From Toensbergia leucococca (Eukaryota): a stretch of 64,000 nt of DNA. Every line of letters starts with the position of its first letter. Position 1 is the first letter of the stretch. The position numbers were made by a program, and so were the translations under genes. The notes below the pieces were generated by a model. It was not told the origin of the DNA. It was given only the letters and a program-made list of their open reading frames with translations, and did not search any database. The stretch spans positions 62,001 to 126,000 of the forward strand of contig JALDZS010000005.1 of the NCBI GenBank assembly GCA_022813965.1, in the 5' to 3' direction. This document shows, one piece after another, positions 50,379 to 63,700 of the stretch.

Positions 50379-53300
50379 ATGGCGTTTAATCCAAATTGGG
50401 GTAAAAGTCTGACCAGAAATGGTGGTCAAGCATCTGCTCCTAGGCCCAGAGGATCTGACAGTCGAGGTGGTCTTGAACAAGGTAGTGGACGTGGTAACCA
50501 TGGTACTGACCGTGCTGGTGATCGAGGATCTGTTCCTAGAGGTGGCGAATATAGCAGCCAAAGCGGTCGTGGACAAGGCGGATCTGCTCCTAGAGGCCGC
50601 GGGTACAACAGCCAAAGCGGTCGTGGACAAGACAGCTTTGCTCCTAGAGGCCGCGGGTATGTTAGCCAAGGCGGTCGTGGACAATGTGGATCTACTACTA
50701 GAGGTGGTGGATATGACAGCCAAGGCGGTCGTATACAAGGCGAACCTGCTAACATCGTCAGTGGCCGCGATAGTAGCCGTGGTGGTGGTCAAGGCTCTGC
50801 TTCTGGAGCCAGCAGACATAATAACCCAGTCGACCCTAGACAAGATAGCCGACGTGATGACGCGGCTAGTGATCGTGGTGGCGGTCGAGGATCTGCTCCC
50901 AGCGCCAGCGGATACGACGGCACAGTTGATCCTGGACCAGAAAATGGACGTAGTGACGCTGGTAATGACCGTGATGGTGGTGAAGGTGATGGCCGTGAAA
51001 ACTTCTCCAGGTCAGCCATCATATATAGAGCCTCCTATGAAGATATCCTTTGCTGACTCAAATGATCCATCTTTGAATCCAGCCAATCTGAAGCACACCG
51101 CGCTTCGTCGCCAGATATGCAGAAGGCAGATATCAAAACTCTATCAATATCCGAACCACCCCTTCCACCTCGACCAGCTTATGGTACCCAAGGTAGCACA
51201 GTTCTGCTCCGCACGAATTATTTTCACTTGCTACCGAGTCCCAATCAAAAGATCTACAAATACCGTGTTGGTATCGATGATCGTGTACCCGGGGAGAGAA
51301 TTTCTGCTCGCAAGCGTCGCCGTATTTTGACACTGCTGCTTAGAGAACCACTTTTCCGAGACCTGGGACATGGAGTCGCGACTGATTACGCCGACATTGT
51401 ATTATCTTCTCGTCCAATCAATCTACCAGAGGGACATAAGGAGCTTGTGCTGCCATTTTCCGACGACGACGAAACACCACTTCATCAGGGTGGTCAGGTT
51501 TACAATGTCCGAATTGAACCAAATAGACCTGCGACTGTGGCCATCCCAGAACTTCTGGCTTATCTCGCATCGACGTACCGTGATGCAGCTTTTGACTTGA
51601 AAGCAGACACTTTACAGGCACTCAATATTATCATGGCACGTACGGCGAATACAAATGCCAACGTGGTCCCCGGAGGCCGTAATAAGTTCTACTCGATATT
51701 AAAACATGCATCCATCGATCTGTTGGGCGGTGTTGTGGCTCTTCGAGGTTATTACACAAGCGTTCGTACATCAATACTACGAGTCTTAGTCAACATGAAT
51801 GTATGCACGTCGGCGTTCTACATGTCGGGGCCTCTACGAGACCTCATGAAAGCATTTTATAAAGCAAACGGAGTACCAGAAGACAGCATTCAAGCAAGAC
51901 ACGCTAGACCATTAGAGAGCTTTCTCAAGAAGCTTCGAGTCACAACCAACTATCTCAAGAACGATAATGGCATCCTCGTTAAAAAGGTTAAAACCATCCA
52001 TGGGTTGGCAAAAGGAAGGAACCTCCAGTATTTGGACGCGACACACATTTTTGCGTGGGAGAGACCAGATTCGACGCAACAAATCAGTGTTCAAAAATAC
52101 TACCTAGCAAGTAAGGATTCCAATGTTGTACGATGTCCATAGATATTGAAGCTTACACAACTTGTTAGAATACGAAATCACTCTCAAACATCCAAGAAGT
52201 CCTCTAGTCAATGTTAGTGGAGGAAATAGAGCTGTGTACGTTCCAATGGAGCTTTGTACAGTACTACCAGGGCAGATGCTGCGTAGGAAATTTTCTGCAG
52301 AACAAACGAGAGCGATGACGACTAAGGCTTGTCGGGTCCCTGAAGATAGCGTTGGACTCATTATTAATGAGGGCGCGGGTATCATGGGTATAAAGACTCA
52401 GGTCCATCCGAATCTAGTAAGGCTTTTCTCCTTGATTGAATCTACTATGCTAACCCTATTGAAAGAATGCTTTTGGACTTTCTGTTAAACCAGAGATGGT
52501 AAAAGTCAATGGACGGATTCTTCCTGCGCCAAAAGTCGAATATGGAAAAAGAGCCTTAACGGTTGAACAAGGGGCATGGAACATGAGGGGCCAGAAATTC
52601 GCAGCCCCTACGGTCCTGTCCCAGTGGTCTTTCTTGAAAATTACTTCTCAAAATTTCCGTGAAAAAGAGCAAGTTAAGAATATTGGTCAAGATGCTATTC
52701 AGGCTTTTCAGAGAACGGTAAACTCGTATGGTATGGGTTGTGAACATCCACGACCTCTGGAGGGCTATGAAATAAACCTCGGGTTCAACGAAGATGCGAA
52801 CGACAATAAATTGAAAGAAGTGCTTGGATTGATATCATCACCAAATAAATCAATTCGTATCCTTTTAGTCATACTTCCAAACAAGGACGCGCCCACCTAC
52901 GCTCGCATCAAATTCTGGGCGGATGTTAAATTCGGTATTCACACTGTTTGCGTGCAAGCAGACAAGTTCAAGAATAAAAGACCGGACTATTTTGCCAACG
53001 TGGCCTTGAAGTTCAACTTGAAACTAGGGGGTATTAACCACACATTGCCCGCAGATAAAATAGGTATAATCAAAGACGGAAGAACCATGGTAGTGGGTAT
53101 CGATGTCACACACCCGTCTCCAGGGAGTGTCGAAGGAGCGCCAAGTATTGCTGGTGTCGTTGCTAGTATCGACGCTACCCTCGCGCAATGGCCAGCGAGT
53201 ATCCGAGTTCAAACAGGCCGTCAAGAGATGGTCGCGGACCTTGAAGGCATGATTCACGATCGCCTTCTTCTGTGGTATACCAAAAACAACGGGAATCTAC

Positions 53301-53950
53301 CTGACAAGATCCTAGTCTATCGTGATGGTGTTTCGGAAGGACAATACAATGATGTTCTGGAAACAGAGCTCAACGCCATCCAAAAAGCCGTCAAAACGAT
53401 CTACCCGCCCACCGTGAAGGCTCCGAAAATATCTATCATAATTGTGGGCAAGAGACATCATACTCGCTTTTATCCTCTTCCTGGGACTCAATGTGGTCCA
53501 AACGGTAATCCGTTGAATGGTACCATTGTAGATCGAGAGATTACAATGGAAAGAGGATGGGACTTTTTCCTACAGGCACACGGTTGCATTAAGGGTACCG
53601 CCAGACCCGCTCACTATGTTGTGATTTACGACAAAATTGGACTTGGTGTTGATGAACTTGAACAACTTGTAAGCCGCTAAGTTATCCTCATTTCCTTCTT
53701 TGACTGAAATTTGCTTCGCTAGACCCATAACCTCTGCTACCTATTCGGCCGAGCTACCAAAGCAGTGTCCATCTGCCCACCAGCTTATTTAGCAGACTTG
53801 CTTTGTGAGCGAGGTAGATGCTATCTCAACATGGCCTTGTCGACGGCAGATTCAGCCAGCACGACAAGTGGTAACCCGTACAATTGGCAAAGCGGCCCAT
53901 GGACAGGGGGTGTGCATGACAAATTGAAGGATAGTATGTTTTATATTTGA
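50379..53950 (+). CDS. Argonaute (QDE-2-like RNAi effector); exons 50379-51010, 51083-52110, 52169-52416, 52466-53668, 53723-53950
   Basis: RPAYGTQGSTVLLRTNYF, RGYYTSVR, PAZ YVPMELC, PIWI NVALKFNLKLGGINH, GIDVTHP, YRDGVSEGQY, GKRHHTRFY, GTARPAHY, SICPPAYLAD, SMFYI*. Confidence 0.96.
50526..50985 (+). repeat. Coding tandem repeats in the Argonaute N-terminus (~4 x 54 nt, then 2 x 96 nt)
   Basis: SQSGRGQGGSAPRGRGY-type 18-aa units; RGGGxGSAxxASxxxxxVDP 32-aa units. Confidence 0.85.
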
Positions 53951-54657
53951 GCTCGTCTTTCGAATACGGACATTGTGCTAAAGACTTGCGATAATTACCC
54001 TCCAATTTGTCCTGCTTCGAATGTTTCCCTTCATAGAAGAGCAATCTGCTCATGGACGAGTCAATGGCGTTTGTGTCTGAGCTTCGGGGTTATCTGAGAG
54101 TTGAACAAGGGGTTTTGTGAACCTTCAAGGCATCACTAGTAGAAAGCAGGAGTTGTGTGAGGATCAAAAAGCAGTTCACTATTAAATAGACGGAATAGAC
54201 TAATTGTATTCGAGAAGTCATGAATCCCATGGCATAATACACCCGTGAGCCTTCGTCTTCTGCCCCATCTATTCGAGTAATGAAGCATTACTAGAGAATT
54301 TTCAAGTCTCTCTTGGACGCATGATGTATGATGTTCTTTTCTTCACTCTTGATTCTTCACTGGCCAATCTTCACGCAAGTGATTTATAACATACGCTAGC
54401 GTACATTTGCCCGCTTTGCTTCAGCGACGAACCCCCCTCATAACGGACTCCTAATCTCAACCTCTCCACCCATCAACCTATCCACCGCTCATTTATTTGT
54501 AATCGCAACCCGTTATTGCCCGCGACTCCAACTGAAAGCACATATGTACTTGTTGCCGGCCAAAGAATATGGCCTGACCTGACCCGGCTTCAGCCACTTT
54601 TTTCCACACTCCACCCCGCGTCGCGCCGACATCAAGATACAACACACCAAACATACA

Positions 54658-57600
54658 ATGGCCTTCAAGTCTTTTCGGAAAGATGCCGCTTTACCTCCAC
54701 CGCACTATCGCACGCCATCCCCTCCCGCATTCGCTTTCGAACCTATATCTCCTACGACCTTCGAAGAAACAGGCAACGACTTCTGTGGGATACGGTGGAT
54801 CGATAGTGACAATTCGATTGCTCGAAACGGAACAAAGGAACATCCTCTAGATGTCATTCGGAGTCAGAGGTGCAAGGAAAGTCAAGGACCTCCCAGCTCG
54901 ATGGATGCCTTTGCGTCGATAGCACTCGCCACTAAGTTGAATCCTCCTCGACTCTGTGATACTTTCCGTATCACCGAGGACCAGTCCATTGAAAGGCCAT
55001 CAAAGCGAGCTCGATCTGAGAAACTTCCTTCGCCCGAGTGGCACCGAACAGGAATGAGACCAGCTACGAGCTACGACCAGTCATCGGATAGTAGGACATT
55101 TGAGGCGGAGCTTCTGCTCAACTTCTCTCAGGCAGCTCGATTCTCTTCGCCGAGGACGACAACGCACCAAGTATCTTATCCTCCGCCTATCCTTGAACAC
55201 AACATAGAGCAGGATGGTTCGCCCAGCTCGGACCCGTACGTCTCTGATAGTGCCGGACAACCTCACTATCACGCCGCTTCTTCTGGAGATTCTGTTGAGG
55301 AAGCCCTACTTAGTGCCATAAATGAAATGCAAGATCCGGCTACAGAGACGTTCTCTAATGCTCACGCCGCCACCGCTCAAAATACGGTTCCGCAGCGCAC
55401 TCAATCCAAAGCAGCTAGCACAAACACATCTCTTCCAAGGGATACGCAGCTTATGAAACCGCAATTAGTTGTCGAGGATGGAGCCTTTGATGGAAATCTC
55501 CAGACGGAGTTATTGGAAGATCTTCAATCTTCGGGTCAACCGTCGTGTTTCCAGACGGTCGATGCACATGGCCCAGGCGATGCCCCTGGAGAAATGCGGG
55601 AGTTGGAGCTTTTGAAGAGCTTGCCTACTGGGGCTGCTGATGGTGCAAGACCCATTGAACAGAATACCGAGACATTGCTGGAGAAGGTAGCCCAAGAGGG
55701 ACTACTACGAGACGGTCATGGACAGGTTTTGGGGGATACGAGTGAAACGGGTGACGGGACCAAAGCATTCCGCATGGACATTACTCCTGTACGATGTTCT
55801 GTATCAGTCGATGACCTTGGCCTCTCATTGCCTCGTCCCGGGGGTGCTACTGGACTTGTCGAACAGCAGCCTCGTCAAATGTTAGAACCAGCTGTGTGTG
55901 CAGCCTGTCACTTCACTCGCAACACATTAATCATTGAGAACGGTAGTGACTCTACCTCCTGGATTAATTGCGATGGCTGTAAATCTTGGTTTCATTTTGC
56001 ATGTGCGGGCTTCAAAAACGAACGGGAAGTACGAGGCGTCGACAAATACAGATGTAAGAAGTGTAAACCAGTCCATGGCGCCACAAGCTACGTCCGGAAA
56101 TCTTCGCGGGCACACAGTGACATTGACTACGCTGGCTTGAATGAAGGGGTAATCAAAACTTCTGACGAGAGCCCGGAACACCATTACATTCAACCTATAA
56201 AGGATGGCACCATCAAGTTTCAGCCTGAAACCTTTCCTCGAATGCGTGCCGAAATGGTTACCGCCGAGTATTTCGAGAGGAGCAACGGCATGAAAGAGCC
56301 CATTGTGATTCCCGCCAATTTTAACCCCCGACCTAAGCCTTCTGTCCTCGTGGACGCTGCATCTCAAATTGATGTGGACGTGCCTATGGAGTCCAGCCAA
56401 TCGTTTGAGCAAGGGGTCCCAGATGAGTGGTTCTCTATTGATTCGGAGGTTCAGAGGGTTCCAGATCACGGACAAGACGCGCTGGACATGGTTGTTCCGC
56501 AAGATCTGACAATTAGGAAAGTCGCTGAACTGTACGGCCCTGAAGAGAAAGTAGAGGTCATTGACGTCAAGTCACAGAATGGAGAAAACAAAAAGTGGAA
56601 CATGCGGCGATGGGCCGACTATTACGAAAGCGATGGCAATAAGGTTGTTCGGAATGTGATAAGCCTCGAAGTATCACAAAGTAAGCTAGGGCGACTCATT
56701 CGGCGACCTCAAGTTGTACGAGATCTCGACCTCCAGGATGCCGTGTGGCCACCCGAGTTGCAGGCCAAAGGAGAATATCCCAAGGTTCAATTCTATTGTC
56801 TGATGTCGGTCGCCGATTGTTTCACAGATTTCCACATTGATTTCGGAGGATCTTCAGTCTTCTACCACATTTTAAAGGGTAAAAAGACCTTTCTCTTTAT
56901 TCCGCCAAAGGAAAAGCATCTCAAGAAGTACGAGGAGTGGTGCATGTCGCCTGCACAGAATTGGACCTTTTTAGCGGACCAGACAAAAGAATGTTACCGA
57001 GTTGACCTTACAGAAGGTGATACGATGCTGATCCCAGCGGGTTGGATTCATGCCGTGTGGACTCCTGAAGATAGTTTGGTTATTGGAGGCAACTTTCTTA
57101 CGCGAATGCACTATGGAATGCAGATACGTATTGCACAGATTGAAAAAGCCACTGGAGTAGCCCGGAAGTTCAGATATCCTTACTTTCAAAAGCTTCTTTG
57201 GTACGCTGCCATACGTTATCTCGAAGAGGACCCTTTGCCAGAAAGCGTACAGCAGTCTTTTCAGGATGATGGCAGTTTCTACCGCGAACAGCCAGCATAC
57301 TACGACTTTGATGAATGGGGCGAAAACTCGAGGTCTGGGTTAGAAAATTATCATCTTAGATACTACTCGCAGGCAGAACTCGAAGGGCTGCCTGATCTAG
57401 TACGATATTTATTGAGGACAGCTTTGATAGACGTAGGCAGCATCACAGAAGGTATCACTGCTGAAACACGCAACGCTGTCAGGCGATCTATACCTAGAGG
57501 TCATGGTGAGGCCCTCGAGATCGTCAAGAGTTTTGCAATGTGGTGTGCGTGGAAGCGTGGCAACGAACCGATACCTCAATGGGCACACTCGGACGCTGTA

Positions 57601-59480
57601 CCAGAGACTTCAGAGCAGTTAAGTGCTGCCTCCATCAAGAAAATGAACCGCGAGGCTGCACTGCAAGCTCCTCGACGACAGTCTGCAAGAAGACAGTCTC
57701 AACAACAAGTGCCGATCTCACAGGCCACAACAGCCGCAATTGAGGACGCAATTCTGTCAAGCAAAACACCCCTCTCGGGGGAAGATAATGCTGAAGCTGT
57801 GACATTTTTGGATCCAGTCACACCTGTTGGAGAATTGACGACACCAGCCAAGAGGGAATCCTTTGACGCCGGTATTCAAACGCAGCACGACACGTCGTTG
57901 TCAAGCACAGTCAAAAAGCCTAGGATGACGACAGGATCAGGTAGAGTCTCTCATCGGAAACCTGCCTGTGAGTCATGCAGGAAAAGGAGGCGAGCTTGCA
58001 AGCACAGAGAACATCCTGAAATATTAACCATGAAGTCGAAAAGCCACGGCCCAGAGGGAATCTTGCTGAATGTTTCCACTTCAGTAACAAAGAGCCACAA
58101 CGCACCTGGCATAGAAGCTCAATCTGCTGAGATTCTTGACCAACATTTGAGGCATACTGACAATATAGGAATTTCCAATCGCGATCATACAGTACTTCTT
58201 ACAAGCTCTGGAAACGAGCTTTCGCCTCCTCAACAAATTGGCCCTTTGCATAGTATATCAGAAAACCTTGGCCGTGTAGAGAATCGAGCGCCGCCTTTGC
58301 ACGGGAATAACCAACCAGATCTCAATTCAAGTGATGTGATACCCTTGCTCGCTCCTGAGACTGCGACTCGTGGTACAATTCCCAAAGGGAGTGATATTGT
58401 TTCAGAAGGTCTAGTGCCAATTCGGGGGAGAAGCAAAGCTTGCAATGAGTGTCGCAAAAGCAAGGTTCGTATCCGCCTCATGAATCCTGCTTTCATTTGA
58501 CTAACTTTAGGCCACTGAAGCGGCGCTGCATCCATGATGAGTACGGCAACGAGGATCCTGTCAAGCTCCGTGAAGCGGCAATCTCGCGGCCAACGGCTAG
58601 TATCAAACGCCGGAAGGCCAGTAACGAGGGCCAGGATTCTTCAGCTGCGAAAAAGTCAAAGAAACCTACAAAGCCTCTGGATCCACCTCGAGATCTAACG
58701 GAAGCAACGCGCTATACTTTACCCACAGTCCAAATACCAAAACTAGCGCCTACGGCAGTCATGATTGACCAGTCCTCTGAGACAGAAAGACAGAAGCTCC
58801 ATTCTTCAGAGATGAGGTCTCCTGATGATAACGTAGATCTTGCACAGCAAGCTCTTCTCCAGGACAATAGCCCTCATAGCCACACACGAGTAGCCCATAT
58901 CGAGCAGGAGAGTCCTACCACGTCTAAACTTATCGCCGAGCAGAGATCCATACGCCTAGTCCCAGGCCAACAAGATAATGTCACCGAACCAACACCAACC
59001 CTCGACACCCAAATCCAGCTCATCCAAAGCCCCCCTACACATGACCTCAAAATCTCCCCCTCCTTCGAACCCATGCATCACCCTCCCGACGACTCCTTCT
59101 CCCTAGTCTCACCCCCCGCCTCTCTCCATAACGACCCAGCCTCCACTTCACCTCTATCCAACGCCAACGCCAACGCCAATGCCAACCCCACCCCCTCAGC
59201 CTCCTCCTCCCGCCACTCTTCCCACCGCCCAAAACAATCCCACCACTATACTCCGGAGTCTGGCTCGGCCCGAAGAGCAAGTAGCAGTTCCGCCGGCCTG
59301 CCCGTGCTAGAAAAGAGCCCCTCCCCACTGACGAATTTTTCGACTGCGGAGGGAGGATCGGCGCTGAAGAGAGTAAGGGTTCGAAATCCGGAGGAGGTAC
59401 TGGCTGATGAGGAGAGTTTGAGGTTGATCAAGGAACTTCAGGCGCAGGAGTATGGGCTGAGAAGGAGAGGGAGGCATTAG
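54658..59480 (+). CDS. JHD1: PHD-JmjC histone H3K36 demethylase Jhd1 (KDM2-like); exons 54658-58464, 58521-59480
   Basis: PHD WINCDGCKSWFHFAC, NVISLEVS, YPKVQFYCLMS, TDFHIDFGGSSV, PAGWIHAVWTP (HxD..H intact), C-terminal ESLRLIKELQAQEYGLRRR. Confidence 0.93.
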
Positions 59481-60117
59481 TTTTGGGGGATTTATGAGCT
59501 TATGATTTTAAACATGGCTTCTCGATAGCTAGGGGTTTTCTTCTTCTTTTGGTGGTGCTGAAGGCGATAGTAGATACTTGTTGGGTTGTCTTCTACTTGA
59601 GAGAAGATTAAAGTTTTTCTTTTGCAGGGGGGTAATGATGGTTCCGCGGATGGAGAGCGGGCCGAATGAAATGGGAAGCATTTTTACGAATTGTCACGTT
59701 GGTCCGTTTTCTTTTTTTACTAGGTGTTTTGGCTTTTTGGGGAGCGGTGGTTTTTTTTGAGGGATGGATGGTTTTGGGCGCAGTACATATATCCCCCCTT
59801 TTGTACGTAGGTAGATTTTTTACTTTTTGAAATCTGATGATTTTGATTTTGAATTTTTGTCGGGGGTTTTTTTGGGGGTTGGGAAGGTGGGGGGGGGGTG
59901 AATTCCTTTTCTCCGAGTCACTTGGCTTGTTGTTTTCTGTTTTTTGTTTCTGTAAAAGTTTGGAGAGGATTTGTCGGTTGTGATCTTTTTGTTTATCTCG
60001 TGAAATATTCGTCATGGTTCATACTCGTACCTTGAGCCTTCCAGATATTGAGTTACCTCACTTTGGTAGCGTTTCTCACCAAGTGAGGTAACTCCATACC
60101 TGAAACGTACGAGTTAC

Positions 60118-60251
60118 ATTTTTTTCTTTCCTTTTCTTCTCCTCTTTTTTCCTTTTCTTTTCTTTTTCTTTGATCTTTTCTTTTCTTTTCCTTTTCCTTT
60201 TCCTTTTCCTTTTCCTTTTCCTTTTCCTTTTCCTTTTCCTTTTCCTTTTCC
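60118..60251. repeat. Polypyrimidine tract ending in a (CCTTTT)~11 hexamer microsatellite
   Basis: Near-continuous T/C run 60119-60251. Confidence 0.9.
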
Positions 60252-60779
60252 GTTTGACCACCAAACTCCCTACCCCATTTTTGAAAAAAAAAAAAAAACC
60301 TTGTCAGAGATAGATTGACCAACCAATTTTTTTTTTGGACACCCGATCCTAAGCTCGAGAACAGTCAAACGTGCGCGCGGGAGAACCAGATCAAGCCAAC
60401 AGGAGCCACACTGTCCAGAAAAGGGGAATGTCCACGAGTGAGAAAATCTTGTATTCGCTAGCACGGTATGAATTATCAAAAAAAAAAAGTCACCCCTCAA
60501 CCCCTCGCACCTTATGCTCATTGGACGCACGCCCCGTGGCCCACCGTGAACACTAAACCCCGGACCAAGTCTATATGCCTTTTTCTGATAAGCCGCAAGA
60601 TGCCAACACAAAGAAAATGAGTCTCAAACCCCCCTGCCCCCCCGCGTCCCTCACATGAGATGAAAGAAAAAGGGAAAGAAACCTCCGTGTTGTACATTAA
60701 GCAAGGAACGACCAGAGTAAAAGTGGTCCGCTCTTTTTTTTTTTCCGGCCAAGTAATCCCAGGTTAAGATCCGAAGCTT

Positions 60780-63700
60780 TTATTTAGTAAGAGGGGTCTG
60801 CTGCTGCTTGATGCTGGCCATTCGTTTAGACATGCTAGGAGCGGGGGTCAGTTTGAATGTAGGATTTGGAATGGGCTGTGCGAGGACTTACAAATCAAAA
60901 AAGGCGAATTGGCTTGGGTTGCTGCCGAATTCGTAGACGAAACGACTGGCTAGATAGCTGCCGAAGATGGCGCGGAGGTAGTTGGTTGGAACCTGGGTGC
61001 AGCGATTAGCATTGGATGTGAGGGTAGATACGAGATCAAAACCGGCTTGTAGACTTACCCGTTCAATAATCGTCTCCATGCCAATCTTTTCTATTAATAA
61101 TGCTGGCAGCGCATCGGCCAAGACAAATTTCCTCAGCTCCGTGTTCTTCCACAAATCGGTATTCTGGAGTTCCTCGTCAAGTTTGGTAATCGCAATGCTC
61201 AATGTGTCACTGAGCGTACTTCGGGCAATACCTGTGTGTTGATGCTCCCGCCAGATGGCCTCGAACTCCAGTGAAGCGTTTCGCTTGATGGTTTCCTGGA
61301 CCTCCTTGACGTAGGCATCATAGAATGGGGGTGCAGTACCGTCATCGCGTATACACATATTCTCCACAAAACCCTTATCGTCGAAAGACAATGACGCCAA
61401 GACCTCGAGAGAAGATGAAGTGACGCCACCCTTATTGGCCGATGCATCCTTGTAAATGATGCAGCCAGCCTTTTCAAGACGGAGTTTGGCATCCTGGGTG
61501 ACGAAGAGATTGGCGCCTTCGACAATATATGGTATTGTGCTTTTGCCGTCAACAATTATTTTATTGACAGTACTGAGATCAATAGACTCCGGCCGGCCAC
61601 CGCATGGAACGAAGAGATCGAACTGCTTCTCGCCGCGTAGGTGAAATGTGTTGCGGAATATCATTCCGTTGTTGATAACTTCACCAGTCGGCAATGTAAT
61701 ATTTGTTTCGTCGATAAGCACACGATAACCTTCGGAAGATAGCTTGGACGTATCGAACTCGGATATCATCACCCGTTTCTTCGCCAGTCGTACGAGTTCC
61801 TCCCGATTGAGGCCAAGCGGATCGACAAGTACTCCGGCACCGTCAACAATAGCTGTGTATTTCTCATTGCCAAGAAGGATTTCATTCGATCCCAAATCAC
61901 CGTCCGGGCCACCGGTCTGTAGCTTTCGGACCGAGTCAGGATTAAGATTAAGCTTACGGTAGATTCCTAGGACATACTCTCGGACGGAAAGCGTGGTCAT
62001 ACCATATTCGTCATGGGGGATGCCGCCCAGTTTCGGACTCTTTCCGGTGAAGAAAGATTTCCACCATGGCGCTCCTCTTTTTCTGGCGTGTTCGGTTGCC
62101 CAATTCACCAAATCGGCAGTATTTTCGTCCGGACCCATGAACAGTATCTCCTCTTGCCCGTGAAGGTCGACGATTGGGTCCTTGATGCCAGGGCTAGTCG
62201 GGGGCAGGAGAAGGTCCATGATGCTGTCAATGTATTTCTCGAAGGCTACCCTAACCTTGTCTTGGTGGTGAACGTCAAGCAGGATGACTCCTTTAGAACC
62301 ACCTTCCGGTATGTCCTTGTTCTTGCGTTGTTGAGTATTGGCGAGGTTGTAATTTTCGTCGAACAGCGATCGAGCGTTGATGGAATAAGCCTCGCGATTC
62401 CGAGACTTAACAATACGTATCCCTCCGCGGGCGATATCACGGAAACGAAGGTGAAAACCACGGAACTCCGAGCTAATGACCAGAAACATGCCGAACAATG
62501 GTTGAGGGTATTCAACATCAGGAAGGAAATTAGGATTCAGTCGGAAACTTAAAGCAACTTTTGTCGGGGTATAGAAATTAGTCTTCAAAACGCCAGCATT
62601 AAAAACACGGAAGGCTGTCATGACCATCTCATCATGCTCGTTTGCAACGCTTTTCGAGATTAACGATGTGAGCTCGGCATCGTTGAGTACTTTGTCAACT
62701 TTTAAACGCAAGTAACTGAGAGTTGGGAGAAAATCATCTTGTTCGCCCCTGGTCTGGACATAATGTGTATTCGCAAAGGCCAAGTATAAGGATCGAACGA
62801 GGTCTGGGTATTTGTTGATGATCTCAAGGATGTAGTCCGAGGTGAACGTTTCTGTTCGGAGACGCCGCTTGATCTTGGACAGCATCTCGGCATGCACGCT
62901 ATTATTAGGGTCTAACAGAGAAGAAAGAGACGCGTATTCGGATCCAAGTCGATTGAGAAAATGTCCGACGAAAACCCATACGCAGTGAGAGTAGATGGTT
63001 TCCTGCAAGCTTAACCGTCCACTGGCAAAATGCGCCTGGAATTTGTTTTGGGGTATGCAATAAAGCAGCGAAACCTCCTTCATGATCTGATGGATAGAAG
63101 CCTCAATGGGGGGGTGCTTCATGTTGGCCGTCGTTTGCGGAAGTGGCCGTAGGTAGATGGACATGACCGTGACGCCGTTGGAAAACTGCTCAACGTACTT
63201 CCTAGAACTGGTAAGGCCATAGTAATGATAAAGGTCCGACAAAGCACTGAATAGTCCCATTGCAGAGCCTTGCCGGTAGGCAATAACAAGCCTTTTTTCT
63301 CTGCTGCCCTCGATTTCAAACATTTCAATGACAGGTCCAGTACGCGCAACAGCATTGTTCATGATTTGCTGGTATATCTCCTTGGTGTTTTTAGTGGCCT
63401 TCTGCAAGAACCGCTTCTCTCCAATCATATCCAGGTTTGTCTCTTCCAAACTAGGGTTTGGATTCGTGAAATAACACTTGTAGACAAAATAACAACGAAG
63501 CTGCTGATCCTTTTCACCTGGGAGGTGGCTGGCGGAACGGAAGGTCTCCACTCGGTAGCTATTGTTGCTTGTAGATCCATCAACGTATTTCTCATCAATC
63601 CGCTGCTCGTATCGAGGACCATCGACCACGCTGACACCGGGTTTGCTGGTATCTATGTAGACAGCGTGATCGACGGCTTCTTTGTCTAGTCGGATTTCTA

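Noticed and set aside
50419..51330. 303-aa V/A/L-rich ORF in an alternate frame over Argonaute exon 1
   Set aside because: Shifted reading of the GGT/CGT-rich tandem repeats, which lack stops; no independent support
60053..60322. KEKEKE / KRKRKR ORFs
   Set aside because: Translations of the (CCTTTT)n microsatellite
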